From Lophium mytilinum (lineage: Eukaryota): a DNA stretch of 64,000 nucleotides. Below the pieces are notes generated by a model. It was not told where the DNA came from. It saw only the letters and a list, made by a program, of their open reading frames with translations, and ran no database searches. The stretch is taken from assembly GCA_010093605.1 (NCBI GenBank), contig MU004181.1, positions 2,542,001 through 2,606,000 on the forward strand. The letters run 5' to 3'. The first letter of the stretch is position 1. Each line of letters begins with the position of its first letter. The position numbers and the translations under genes were made by a program. Below are positions 23,966-37,044 of the stretch, piece by piece.

Positions 23966-25488
23966 GTTCTCGGATCGATGTCTTTCAACTTACAATATGG
24001 AGCGCGAAGTGACACATCTTCGGGTCGAAAGGCGATGCAATGACTCGAGTTCGAGAAGGTCTCGGACAGTCACAGTGTTCCATTCTGCTGCTTCTGGACT
24101 CTGGCATCAATTATAGCTATTTTGTCACCGCTCCTTTTCGATTGCTGGGTCCTGCATCTTTCCCTTCAACGAACGGTCAACGCTGGGATCGAGAAAGAAC
24201 AAACGCATGACCTTGAACGGGCGATATGGCGGTAAAGAAGAGGTCTGTTGACGCGTGCAAAGCGGCCTGAACGCTACCGGCAAAAATAGAGGTATGCGCG
24301 TTATTCCTGGTCATATTCTCGATTGTTCTGGTCGACTTTCGCTCTCATTCAAGTCCTAAAATTTGGCGTATGAGAGCCATCGTGTAGGATCATAGGACAC
24401 GCGTGTAGAGCTTGTGCTATAAATAACACGATCTACTCCGGAGCACATGGCATGTGAGAGCCTACAGCCAAGATATCACTGCGCCTTCCAATCCCACGGT
24501 CACATGACCTGTACCCTGCCAGCCTCCTGCATCACGCATCTCTCCATGCATCGCGCATCAAGTGGGCTTACACCGCTGTGCGCACTACTAACGCCTGTGC
24601 CACACATCAGCCCACCGCTTCCGCTTCTAGATCTTAAGTAAAATCTCCGACCTCGAGTGCATCATCTGCACCAGATATTCCAGATCTTGATATCTGACGC
24701 CCATGTTTCTCTCCGAGCGTCCCTTTCCTGTTTATCTCAGTGATAGTGCTCTCCCTCCGCAGTTCCAGCGTCCGCATGTTTCAGACGAAACATCCTGCCC
24801 CGCCACCAGCTCGTCCCACGTCACACGGCCACGCCAGCCAGGCCCGCGACCAGAAATCCCGCTGCACGTCGGCTTCTTGCGTGGCACAAACGTATTGCCT
24901 GAGACATGCATAGACCTACAAGCTAGGGTGGGAGATGCAAGCGCAGAGGCATGAGGAAAGGGGTCTGAAGGAAGGTAGAGAGGAGGCAGACGCCAGGCGC
25001 GGAGATGGCTGAAGAGGGTATCGTACCTCTCGAGTGAAAGATGTGCAGTTGAGGCAGTAGCAGTGCTAGCAGCAATTCCGAGATCCATTAGACTATTATA
25101 CAATATCCCACAGTATCCTCGCAAAAATAACAGTAAATCCGAAATGTTCTCGAACTCAGGTCCAGCCTGACCGGCCCACTTGCTTCGCGTAAACGGTCTA
25201 ATCCAGCCAGCTTGCGTCGTCCTCCATGTCCAGAATGCCAGATCGTGAAATGAATTACGTCGTCAATCGTATCATGATACGCGTGAGGTCGTTGCTTCGT
25301 CGTTGCTCTCCCATAAGCATTATGCCTCCTTTTCCCTTTTTCCAATGACGTTTGACCCACAAGAAGGATGGAAATGAATACCAATGCGATACGCCCTCTC
25401 CCCACCCCGCCGGAATTAGGCAAATAGAACACATGAGACGCAAGCAGAAAAGCAAAGAAGCGTTGAATCAAAACAACAGTTACCGAAA

Positions 25489-26787
25489 TCAGTCGTCCTT
25501 ACAACCAAAGCACCCGCACCTTGTCCACCTTCGCCATCGCCCTCTTTGCCTCGATTTCCCGTCGACCTCCCTTTCCAAGATCACACCCACACCCGCGCCA
25601 GTAGCACTGCCACTCTCCCTCCTACCCACGAACCCAAAACTTGATCGACTGCCTCTCCATCCTCGCCGCAAATAGTCCACCAAGCCGACCTTCTCATCAT
25701 CATCGTCTTCCCACACGCTCACTGTGTTCTGTAAGCTGTAGCTCGCACGGTGAAGCGGTGTGTTCGCAGAAGTGGACATCCGGGTGGTGCCGATGGTGGT
25801 GGGAGTGGATGGATAGAGGGAGAGGTGATACTCCGGCGATGATGCGAGCAGACTATTTGGGTTGTGGCGCGAAGATGCAGTGCTTGGAGGTGTAGATGGG
25901 GGCGGAGAGGTGATGTTGCTGTGGTTGAACGTCGGCAATAACAGCGGGAAGGAGCAACCGACGGGAGTGGTTGGTTGCGGGACGGGCTTTCGCGGAATAC
26001 GAGAAGCCGGAGTTGATGTTTTCGAAGATGGCAGATCGTGATGGAGTTCTGGGGATTCAGATGGCCGATCGTGCGTCCTAGAATAATCGAGTGATGAAAG
26101 CCGTATGGGAAGCGTCCGTTGATTAGCCTTAGCGGAGCGTTTCGGGGACGTTTGTATGGATTTCGAAGTTGATGATGCTGCACTACTTCGAGAGTTGCTA
26201 GGAGTGTGAAGTTTTTGACGTTTGCCAAGATGGACAGCGGTAGAAGTACGCTGCTCTGTGCTCAATGGTCGTGAGGTGTCCTCAATATGTGGTTTAGAAG
26301 TCGCGGTGGTTTCCTTCGGCTTGCAGTCTTCGCATAACGTCGAAGGTGAGGTTGCTGAATTTTCACATGCTTTGCACATCGTCCTGGTGAGTGATGTTCC
26401 TTGCAGCATGTTCTTCCGCTGAGAGAAAGACGGAGGGGTTCCAATGCGAGGGCTCGGCGCGACTGAGGAGGCAGGTGACGCGGCTGGAGCTTTTGGGGAA
26501 GAATACGGGTCGTAGCTTTTGATGATATCTAGAACCGTACCGCTGGAGAACCTTTGCGACTCCAGAGCTCTCAGATGTAAGCTCGAAAAGGATGTTTCCC
26601 TTGATTTAGATCTTTCCCGTGCGCATCGTTCGTATTCGTCCCAGATTTGCTCCGTATTTTTCGGCGAACATGGCGGTGTTCTTGGATCCGTGCATGGCGA
26701 TGCAGTTCTCTTCAGCGAGGAAGAAGTGTATAGAGGTAGTCCGAGCCCAGCACTCAGAGTAGGAGCACACGATGAAGCGGTCGACAT
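25489..26787 (-). CDS. Hypothetical Ser/Pro/Thr-rich, probably disordered protein
   Basis: Uninterrupted ORF of about 430 codons with its first ATG at 26787. It contains CKAC-X9-CEDC, a WEDDDDEKVGLVDY motif and a Cys-rich C-terminus. Confidence 0.7.
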   Translation of the reverse strand: MSTASSCAPTLSAGLGLPLYTSSSLKRTASPCTDPRTPPCSPKNTEQIWDEYERCARERSKSRETSFSSLHLRALESQRFSSGTVLDIIKSYDPYSSPKAPAASPASSVAPSPRIGTPPSFSQRKNMLQGTSLTRTMCKACENSATSPSTLCEDCKPKETTATSKPHIEDTSRPLSTEQRTSTAVHLGKRQKLHTPSNSRSSAASSTSKSIQTSPKRSAKANQRTLPIRLSSLDYSRTHDRPSESPELHHDLPSSKTSTPASRIPRKPVPQPTTPVGCSFPLLLPTFNHSNITSPPPSTPPSTASSRHNPNSLLASSPEYHLSLYPSTPTTIGTTRMSTSANTPLHRASYSLQNTVSVWEDDDDEKVGLVDYLRRGWRGSRSSFGFVGRRESGSATGAGVGVILEREVDGKSRQRGRWRRWTRCGCFGCKDD

Positions 26788-28570
26788 GTTGAAGTGCAAG
26801 ATGGAGTGCAGGGACCACCTCGAGATGGGGTAAACAGTGGTTGGATGAGCGCAATCAGTGCGATAACCTTGATAGGCGCGTAATCAGCAGCAATCAGTCA
26901 TATGTATAGATGTGGAGATCCCCGCTTGGTTGGTCTCAAGGGGTGAGACACATTGTTTATGAAGGCACAAGAGCAACCGGCTAGGCTGAAGAAGGGGGGA
27001 GGTTGGTAGGAACTGAAGTGGCCAGTTTAGCGGAGTGGGATCCGAGTCCCTGGATTTTGGCCACTTGTTTGGTCTGAGGCTCCACGGCTACAGAATCCGG
27101 ACGTTCTAGAGACCAGTTCGTATCCTTCGTTTCGGCGTCCGGGCCCAACGGTCCAATTACTTGCCGCTTGATGACGAGCATCCCTCCCTCGAGGGAACGA
27201 AGGGAGGACGAAGCAAGGGGCGAGACGTCGGCAATGCACGCAATGGTGGCGCGATGCGAGAAACTGTATCCTAGGACGGAGGCGCACCGAAGAGAACAGT
27301 GCGGCGATCATACGCTCCGAATCCCTCCAAAACAATAAGAACTGATATGATAGTGTTTGGCAAAGAAACGCCCTCGAGAATCGGAAAGCCTGCGTGCATC
27401 CGCATTGGAGAAGCATGGTAACGCAAGGGTAGTGCATCTACGCGACCTGTGGTGAGACATTGAGGAATGCGACCTGGCTGGAGGAGGAAAATAACAACAG
27501 AATACAGGGTAATCTCTGGTAACGTTGTGATGTCTCAAGATGGTCAAGCGAGCCCTGGTCTACGATGGTCGCTTGTGCTCATCGAGTCATCGTGGGCGTA
27601 GAGCAAAGTTTGTATTCTACGGCAAGGTGTTATGTAAATTCCAGACAGAAGAACAGCTGCGTAAGGAGTTGTGGTTGCAGAAATCCTTGCGTGAAAGGAA
27701 GAGCCCGAATAATGGTCTGGACCATGAACTGCAGCTCTCGTTGGAGAAGTGCGAAACTAAGTGCGGAGGATTAGAGATTCCGATGGCTTATGTGGCGTAT
27801 ATAGTGCATGAACGCTGAGAGTCGATGAGCCCGTAGATCGTATGAATCGATTCAGTCTCAGTTTGTGCCTGTGTATCTTCGTGTCGTGAAGGCTGAAAGC
27901 ATGGAGTCGTAGTCTTTAGTGAGTTGCGGCGAGCAGAACGCCTGCGAAAGATAGCATAGCGTCGATCACGGAGGCGTTATTGCGACCTGTGTAGTCCAGG
28001 CCTGCCGTCGTATGTAAATGAGATGCAGTGCTGGAGAGTCGGTGCTGAACTGATGTCGTCAAACGTCGCGAAGACGGCCTTGGAACCACTCCTCCTCCTC
28101 CGCTCCAACCTAACCCGGAAGACAGCCCGGGAGGACCCACCCTTCAGGACGGCTTCAAGCTTCCATGATTCGACTGGATTATTAATATCTACCCTCGCAC
28201 CGCTTTCTGACCAGAGCATCGAATTAAGGCTCGGGAGATCGACCTGCTATGCTCATAATAGCAACTGATCGGTGAGCTTTTGTTTAGCCGTGCGGAGACC
28301 CGTCACGAGAAAGTGGTCGGCTGCAAAATCATCGGAGAATATGCGCCAAGCTCCATCAACCAAGTATCGATTGCCAATGCAATCGCGGAGTCGGGCTCGA
28401 TGCGTAAATATAATTACACAAGCTGGTTCCGCATGTGCCGGATCGTCGTGTCTATTTACGAATCTCTTCTCCATGAATCCACCCGAACCAAAACCCACTG
28501 ATACTTGGTTCTGGTCTTGGGTCTCGACATCGTATCCCAACTAGGATATAGAAAATCCGCATCGTTGACC

Positions 28571-30294
28571 ATGAAGTTTCACAGTCTTAGAGAGTTAGAT
28601 CAGACTGAGGGGACGTTACAGCTTAGAAAAGGTGAATATGTGGTATTGCTTTCTCGAGGTGTCCAGAACTGACCTGCAAATGCAGTATCTAGCGAGTCTG
28701 GCGGCGCGGATTCTTCGCTCGTTCTGTATCCTCATCCATCAGAACATGACCCAAACGATCCCCTAAGATGGCCAACATGGAAGAAACATGTAACTTTCGG
28801 CTCCGTATGTGCCTTCACGTTTCTGACCAACTATGCCATCGGAGGACTGGCGCCTGCTTTCTACATCCTGAGCCTTGAGTTCAATAAAACCATGAGCGAA
28901 ACTAGCCATCTTCTCCTCTGGCCCATTCTAGTGCTTGGAATTTTCAACTTCTTCTGGGTCCCAATAGCCAACTACTTCGGAAAGCGGCCTGTTTTTGTCT
29001 TCGCGTCCCTTCTCCTCTGCGTCTGCTACATATGGGGCGCTACCGCGCAGAGCTTCGAAAGCCTCCTCTGGTCTAACATCGTCGCTGCCGCAGCCGGCTC
29101 ATCAACCGAAGCCTTGGGCTCCGCAGTCGTAAACGACCTGTACTTCGTCCACGAGCGAGGCGCAAAGATGGGAGTGTATATGAACTCGATATCTGGCGGC
29201 AACACCATCGGGCCCCTGATCTGCGGCTTCGTCGTGCAAAGCCTCGGCTGGCGATGGCACAAATGGATGGCTGTGATTTTCACCGGCATCAACTTCCTCT
29301 TCGTCCTCTTCTTCGTCCCAGAGACCCGCTACGATCGGACCAGCGAACCCAGTCTCAGCGCCAACAGCTCTTCTCAATCCATCTCCTCTGCCTCTGAAGA
29401 AGCTATCGACACCGAAAAGGCCACTGAGCCTCGCACGAAGGAGTATCCCGGCTCGCCTCCTTCCGGCTTATCCCCCGTACCCAAAAAGACCTTCACGCAA
29501 GAAATTAGCCTCTGGTCCGGCGTGCCCTCGGACACCAACATCCTCAAAATGTTCCTCCGTCCATTCCCCATGATCGCCTACCCGGCCGTCATCTTCGCGT
29601 TCCTAGGCTACGCCGTCAGCCTTGCGTGGGTAGTTTCCGTCAACATCCTCAACCCCTTCGTGCTCGAAGCACCGCCCTACAACTGGAAGCCGCAGATCAA
29701 CGGCCTCGTCAACATCCCCGGTCTGATCGGCAACATCTTCGGCGCCTACGCGGGCGGGTGGCTGGTAGATAAGTTCTGCGACTGGCGCACGAAGCGGAAT
29801 CACGGTGTCTTTGAGCCGGAAAGCCGGCTGTATCTCCTCATCATCCCGTTCTTGATCACGCCGGCGGGGTGTCTGCTCTTTGGGTACGGGGTGGAGAGGA
29901 CGATGCATTGGGCGACTTTGTTCTTTGGGTATGGTATGATTTCGGTGGGGTTGACGGCTGTGCCAACGATTACGATGGCGTATGTGAGCGATTGCTTGTT
30001 GCCGGTCAATATGGATGCGTTGTTGCTAGTAAATGGTAAGCTCGCTTCCTTCCCTAGCGTTTGGAAACAGACTTATTGAAATGATTGACTGATGAGATTG
30101 CAGGCTTTAAGAACATTGTTGCTTTTGGGTTCCTATATGGAGTCGTCCCTTGGGTTGAAGATGTTGGATACATCGACTGCTTCGGCACGCAGGCCGGCCT
30201 TTACGTTGCCATCATCGGGATATTCGGAGGGTTGCTGGCGGTTTTTGGCGGGAAGCTGCGGCATATCACTAGCCAGTGGCGGATCATTATATGA
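28571..30294 (+). CDS. MFS transporter (HOL1/DHA1-like), 3 exons
   Basis: Motifs DPNDPLRWPTWKK, GKRPVF, DLYFVHERG, LGWRW, VPETRY and GVFEPESRL, with about 12 hydrophobic segments. ATG at 28571. Confidence 0.92.
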
Positions 30295-30720
30295 GGCTTT
30301 GGAGTCTCTGAGGCAAAAAGCTAAAGGAAAAACTAGTTTGAGTGATAGATAGCAATTGGGAGACGCAACGCGACCATTCATGAATGAAGTCTGGGCATCA
30401 CTGCCTCGTTAGGGTCATGCGCACAATCACCTACCACATTCTGAAGCCTTTCGATGCGTGTCAGTGTATTAGCACCAAGAGGAAGTATAGTCTCAAAATT
30501 GGAAGACTCGCATTATCATCGTGTAGAGACGCCGAAGGAGCCGAAACGCCAAACGTCCCAAAAACAAGGTATATGTGGTGTATAACCCACACTGAACGCC
30601 CTATGCACCCAAGATGTAAATGCGAATGTAAATGCAAATGCACGCACACCTAAAATGCTGTGCGGTCCGCAATGCAGTCCCGCATGATACAACGCTGTGC
30701 CGCCGGAGAGACGTCCGAAT

Positions 30721-33344
30721 CTAGAATTTCTCCATCAAGTTCTTTCGCACGGTCCACATGCGCGCTCTCTTGCCGTAAATATACATGGGAATTCTGGGAG
30801 ACAGAAGGTGTTAGCATATGATAGTAGAAGGTGGCGGCAAGGACACGAACGTTGTTGTCAGACAAGCCAGCTGCAACCCGCCTACAGCTAGGAATACCGT
30901 CTTCGCGCCGCTCGACTCAAGCCAATGCGTGAAGAAGAGGGAGAAAACGAGGCCGTGAAATATGTCTGTCGCATGTGATTAGCGCGTTATACTTCGGTCG
31001 TCAGGCTGCAAACATACTCTTGGAGAAATTCAACGTGACGAGAGCTTCTCCTGCGTACTGACGGTAGGAGTCTACGCAAAATGTAATAGCAGTGGTACTA
31101 CCCAGGCTGCATCCAAAGCTGATAATTCCAAAGAAAACGGTTGGTACGATCCAGGCATCTCGCTCCTCTGCGCTCCAGCCGAACCCCATGAGCCCAATGA
31201 CAGTGGAGATGGCGATAGGAATCGCCATTACGAGTCGGAACTCCGGCTCATACACACCGTCATTTTTACTGGCCATGTAGCGGACAATGTAATCGGATAT
31301 CTTGCCTGCAACTGCGGTGCCGATTACGCCGCCTATGAATGGAGAAAGATAGACAAGTCCGGTTTGTAGAGCGGTAAAATTGTAGAGCGCACGATCTCGG
31401 TATATAGCTGCAACGGACTCGGAGAGAACAATAAGCCAGCCGATAGAGAGGGAGTAGACGAGTGTGCTCCAGAGCACAGATGGATATGCGAACAGGATGA
31501 AGGGCCGGATCAAGACACGATGCCATTTATCTTTCACCAGTCTACCGTTCCACGGGGAAAGTGCCTTTACAAATGACTTCGGAGGGGCAGCACGATAATG
31601 CTCGGTGTAGATAAAGGACTGCTGACCAACAGATTGTATACTTGGTGCCGAACTAGGCCGATACAGGTCTGGAGATCCAATCGCTGGTCTAAAAGGGCCA
31701 TCGAAATGTACTGCGTCTGGAGTAGCAGGAATTTGATGTTCTATTGGCACCGCAGCCTCAACGTCTCCAGGGATGGTATTCGGGTTTGCTGAGAAATAAC
31801 CTGGATCTTCAGTTTTCTCAAAGACATGGGTGGCGGTTGTCCCATCTTGGCCGGAAGTTTGGGGCGTCGCAGGTTGGTTTGTTGGAACGGCGTCCTCGTC
31901 ATCCATAGCCACGTAGCTCTCCGAAGGCTCTGCGACTCCTTCATCCGGCGCGAACCCAACGTGAACATTTTTATTAAGGCGTCTTTGAGCTAACGTCGCT
32001 TTAGTAGGGTCTAACGTAGGCAACGTCTCTCCCGATGGAAGATGTTTCTCATGGTCCTGGTGGTGATGGAACCTTCCAAGAGAGGGTAGGTTGAACGGGC
32101 CGTGTTTTCCAGGGCTTCTGCTCCTGTGTCGATGCGTCTGTCTTGCGTGTGGTGTTCTATCCCAAAATGTTTCAGGCACGAATAAGAAGAGCAAAAAGAA
32201 GCATCCTCCAACGACAATAGCGACAACCCTAAGACACTATTAGTGTTTCTGTTCGTTGCCGAATCTAAACTAGAAGTGGTAAGATCAAAGCCTGAAACAT
32301 GAATTAAACTAACCAGAATGTCCATCTCCAGCCCATACTCTGGATGATGGCAGCACTGACGAGCGGGACTAAATTCTTCCCCGCTAGTAACAATAAGGTG
32401 TAAATTCCCAAGCGATACGCCCGCTCGTGGAGGAAGAAGATCTCCGCAACCGTAGCGGAAGGTAGGACTTCTACGGGAGAAACTGCCATGCCTTGCACGA
32501 TTCGAGCGACGACTAGAGACGGATAACTAGGCGACAAGGCACACCAAACAGAAGCTAAGCAGAAAATGATGATCGAGACGAGATAGACTGGCCTCCTGAG
32601 TATATGTAAGCACAATGCCCCTAGAAGATTTCGGCAGGGAGGGGGAAGCATACTTTCCATACAGGATAGCAGTTGGAGATGCGATTACACCTCCTAAGCC
32701 CAATCCCATCATATACAGTCCTGTTGTCAAAGACACCCGTGATATTGAAACATCATAGGTCTGGGCAACATTGTTGAATCCTGCAGCAAGTATAGGCGTC
32801 ATTCCACCTCCCACCATACAGTAGAAGCCAAGAGAATACAACGCAGCATCTCTCCTCCATATTGCCCAGTTCAAGGGGTCATTCTTGGTATCTTCTGGCT
32901 GCGGTTGAAGGACAAACTTTCCATCCTTTGACTTTTTCTTCTCCTCTTTGCGTGTGCTCCTGGTGGTGGTGGAGGAGCGGCCGCTTACGGAGGGTGGATA
33001 GGGCGAAGGTAGGGAGGAAGCAGAGGTGCGGGCGTGCTGGTGCTGGAGACCTAGCGGCTCGTTGCGTTTGTGCACATTAGAAAGAAGAATCACGGAGCCT
33101 GTGAACGGGGAGTTGTTAGCAAGACTCGCCGGTGGTAGATAGCTCCTCTGATAGCAAAGGACGTGGAGGATCAACGCATATGTAACTCAACGAAAATAAG
33201 CATACCGGGCACTTCGTCAGTCTGGAGGTCATTCAATATGCCCAGGCGTGATTTTGCTCGCGCTGGTGAGGGCTTCTCTCGAGTAGTAGGCAAAGGATCG
33301 GTGCTATCTCCAGCAGCGGGCTGTGAGCGCCATTTGGAGAACAT
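30721..33344 (-). CDS. MFS transporter (HOL1-like), multi-exon
   Basis: Motifs NDPLNWAIWRRD, EIFFLHERAYRLG, MGWRW, VPETFW and GVYEPEFRL. ATG at 33344. The last exon YGKRARMWTVRKNLMEKF ends at TAG 30721-30723. Confidence 0.92.
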
Positions 33345-35189
33345 TTGCGCAGCAGGCGTCTAATCCAAGTATACCCAGCTTCAGGACGAAGAATAGCTTT
33401 TGCCCTCTATCTGACAGTTGGAGATACGAGGGATGTGGCGGCTAGGGATATGAATGATGACAGTCGCGAAAGCGGCGAGGAACGGTAAGATGATGTATTT
33501 ATTGGCAAGTGGGCGCTGCGCAGAGAAGACTGTGCCATGGCGCAGGTGACTTGAAGCCACGAGGTGATATCTCGAAGAGCTAGTGTGGATGTGGAGAATC
33601 ATCCTGTGATTCCTAAGGGAAGGATGATTGCGGCGGATGCGCGCTTTGACCGCCGATGACATCAATTTTTGAAGGGTCCAAGGGTCGCGGACTGAAGATC
33701 CAGGGATCGCAGACGGGGAATCACGAACATCTTCGCCATCTCGTTTCGGTTGAGGTCTCAAAAGACACGCGATCGTCAATCTCCACGCGCTTCTGCCCAA
33801 GATAGCTGTTTTTCGTCTTCACGCGTCTGCCGCCCGCCTTCACCGCCGCGATAGCACAGCTCCACACTTCTCCATGCGCCCCGCTACACTGACCACGTGC
33901 TGCAACACCATGGCACCCACCCCGGGGTATTGCTTGTCCATCTGACTGAGTGTGGGTTGCAATGGCTTGACCTTGGGTCCTTACCCCACGGGGTCTGTTC
34001 GATGTTTAGAGTTTTTGAATAATGGAAGAAGACGCCTAGATGTAATATCGATGAGGACCTTTCCACGCTACCTTTGTAGCAGTGCGGAAACTAGTACTGG
34101 AGGTTGCCCAACTACTAGGCTCGATATGCCGATCGCAAGGTCTCACTGCATCAAGGGTCCAACAACCTTGAACCGCATTCTAAGACCCCTCAGTGCCTTC
34201 AAGCTCCACAATACGGGGCGCGCGCCGTCCCTTCAAGTAGCAATGATGCTGTTGTCCCATTCTTGAGAAGATGTAAGGACGATTAACTTCTGTACATTTC
34301 GGCCAGATGGATGGAACGAAGCGCTCTGCGTGGAGGATATGCTACAATCCAAGGCTCAGGGTATGCACTCATATCAGCGCCATGTTCGATTGCGAAGGGG
34401 TCGTGCACTACTTGGGAAAAGTATAAGCCTGTCACGTGACTATGGTTGATATAGGTACCAATTGGCATACCTCCGTACACACTGTCGATCAGCACTTCAA
34501 CTCTCACAGAGACCGCATTCGGGAATGATTATGCGGACCACTACATATCAGATAGCCTAGCCTAAAGCTCGTCCGTGCCTTTTAGGCTTCTCATCTGTCT
34601 GATTCCATGCACACTACGAATTCAAAGTGAACAAGATCTCTACTTTCGACCAGAAGACAGCGTATGCAGGTGTTATATTCGCCTTGGAAGCAGCCGAGGC
34701 TTCGTTCCATTAACGCCTGTAAGACTTAATAAGAAGGACCTTCCTGAACAAGTCAAATATCGGGGAGGAACAACTTCGCGACGCCAACCTCGCATCTCGG
34801 CATCCGTTTGACGGCTGCCTGGCGGAACACGACTTAGCCGACAAGCTGCGTCTCGGAGTCGCAACTGCTGTTTTCGCAAGTGGTTCGGACTTCGGCGCCG
34901 ACACGAAATTACACACGAGTTGCTTTTGAACTGCGACCGGTGCGAATTTGGGTTTGAGAATGACACTGTGCTGCACCAAGAGCCTCCAGTGATGGTGGTC
35001 AGTTGAACAGCCTTACAGACCCAATAACCGGGCCTTGATAAGATTGAAAGACCCGTAGTAATTCCGCACAATTAGTTTAAGCAATGGGAATCCGAGTCTC
35101 GATATGTCTGAGGCCGTCCGGTCTGCACAAAGAGTTCCTGACGTGCCGATGCCGTGAGAGCGAAGATGAGGTCCAAAGCTGCGCCTCAG

Positions 35190-35631
35190 TAGAGCCTTTG
35201 TGCAGCGGTCCTTCGTTGAAGGAAAATCAAAACTTTTCGACGGTCGGCAGAAGCTCGGTTCCGTGTATTCTTGCCGCACACTAAAAGGGTTAGAAAACTG
35301 CCTCACGTGCTAGACTTTGGGCCAGCACTACATCATTACCTCTAATGCAATATTGATAAAAATTAGATATTTTAAGATGCAGCGGTGTAATCACCTAGCA
35401 CTTTAATTTTTGAAATTTATTATGTGTTGGGGGTGGATTTCGTCTATTTAGGTTAGTTACTTTTTTAAAATCCGAAGGAACCTCGAGTTCTTCGCAAGCA
35501 CTCGAGGTGCCTCGCCGGTTTTACTCTCTTGCTTGATGTGGTTAGAGAAAGTTAAAAGGGGTTAGAGAAACAAAACAGGTTAATACCATTGCCAACAATC
35601 AAACACGAAGGACCGCTGCACAAAGGCTCTA
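35190..35631. mobile_element. Probable MITE / non-autonomous DNA transposon: 25-bp perfect terminal inverted repeats flanked by TA
   Basis: TAGAGCCTTTGTGCAGCGGTCCTTCGT at 35190-35216 and its exact reverse complement at 35605-35631. The interior is AT-rich and non-coding. Confidence 0.6.
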
Positions 35632-37044
35632 GTGAATATGCATGGGAGTCTCCCGCTTCGTCATACTTGTAATGTAAGAATGACTGCATATAGTGGTGGA
35701 GAGAAGAAACCCAGCCGGCCGGCCCGGGGAAATTCCCCTGCCAAGCAGTGAAAGCGGTGCATGGAGCACCGGTCGGCCTAGGCGTCACGTTCTCTCCCCA
35801 CTTTACAACCTCTTACCCTCCCTGCGCAGATGAAGCCCAGGCCTTATACCGGTGAGAGGCCCAGACGGGAGACCAGCACGCGAGATACCTGGTTGAGGTT
35901 GCAGACAGGCAGTGCAGCCAGGGGTACCGCTTAGGTGCTGAAATTTCTTTCGACTTCACGATTTTTCTGCCCCTCTCTCTCCCAGCCGAAAACCTCTTCA
36001 CTAACTACATAGTAGAAAGGCGGCGTCCCTAGTCAGGGGCACAATGATGGGTTGCGCAAGCACCATGCGCGGCAAGGCTGATCCGGTCTGCGGGCCAAAA
36101 ATACTGCACCTCTCCTGCACATCCGCCCAACGCTGGCGCTATCGATTACGGCTTAGACGGGCTCCTGGAATTGTTGCCCCTGCGGCCACTCAGCGCCGAC
36201 CTTCTCGACAGTGGCGTGCACGGTGAGCGCGGCCCCTGGCACTAAATCACCTCTAGGCCCTGCCGGCTTGACGCCGGCAGGGGTGGGTTTAACCTTTGTC
36301 TCCACCCGCCTTGACTCTTGCTGCGACCTCGCATGGAAGCGATGTTGCGACAGACGGTAGAGCTGCTACCCCGTTTCCTTGCCGTCTCTTCTCCTGCGCG
36401 GCCAGCATGTCCGCTTCATGTTTCTTCTTCAAGCAGCTCGTGTGGCTTTGCTTGAGGTATACGAGCCTTATACGACGCCTTTGCCGAGCTGAAGGCGCTT
36501 CAGACGGCGTGGAGATTGGCGTAAAGAAGCATGAGAAGAGGGTGACGATTCCTTAATAATCCTCCTTCCCACCATGTCGCAGTGGCGTTCTCTAGCTGTG
36601 CACGAGCCCCGGCCAAAATGTGCCCCGTGACAGGAACAGGTTACTGCATTTCCTAATCAAGCCCAGCATCCTCATTCGATCTCATGTCCGTTCCATTCCG
36701 CGCCTGTAGCCTTGTGATGGCTTGGTATTCTAGGCAGATGGCTTCATGCCACTGGGGGCCACGGCTAGACGCCGACTGGACGCCAGCGTGTCAGCCTCTC
36801 CCGTAGATGGTCATTTCCTAGGTAGATGATGGCGTTCCCTTCCCTTCTTCTTCTTCTCTCGCACACACTCGAGTGGCTTGCGACTTCAATCATTCTTTCA
36901 GAGGCTGCGCTGCTGTAATTCTTGCGGACTTCCGTCTGCGTCCTTTCTTTTGACATTCCTGTCACCACGATCTTTACTGGCTTCGGCCTCTCAATCCACT
37001 CGCTATTCTACCTTTACTTCCTAATTTGAGTTTCTAATTCCACG

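Noticed and set aside
35282..35566. AGGGTTAG motifs as telomere seeds
   Set aside because: Only single units with no (TTAGGG)n array. Treated as internal repeats of the putative MITE.
36258..36282. 10-bp GC hairpin CCCTGCCGGC-N5-GCCGGCAGGG
   Set aside because: It is short and isolated. It could be a CGG-type factor site, but nothing else supports a function.
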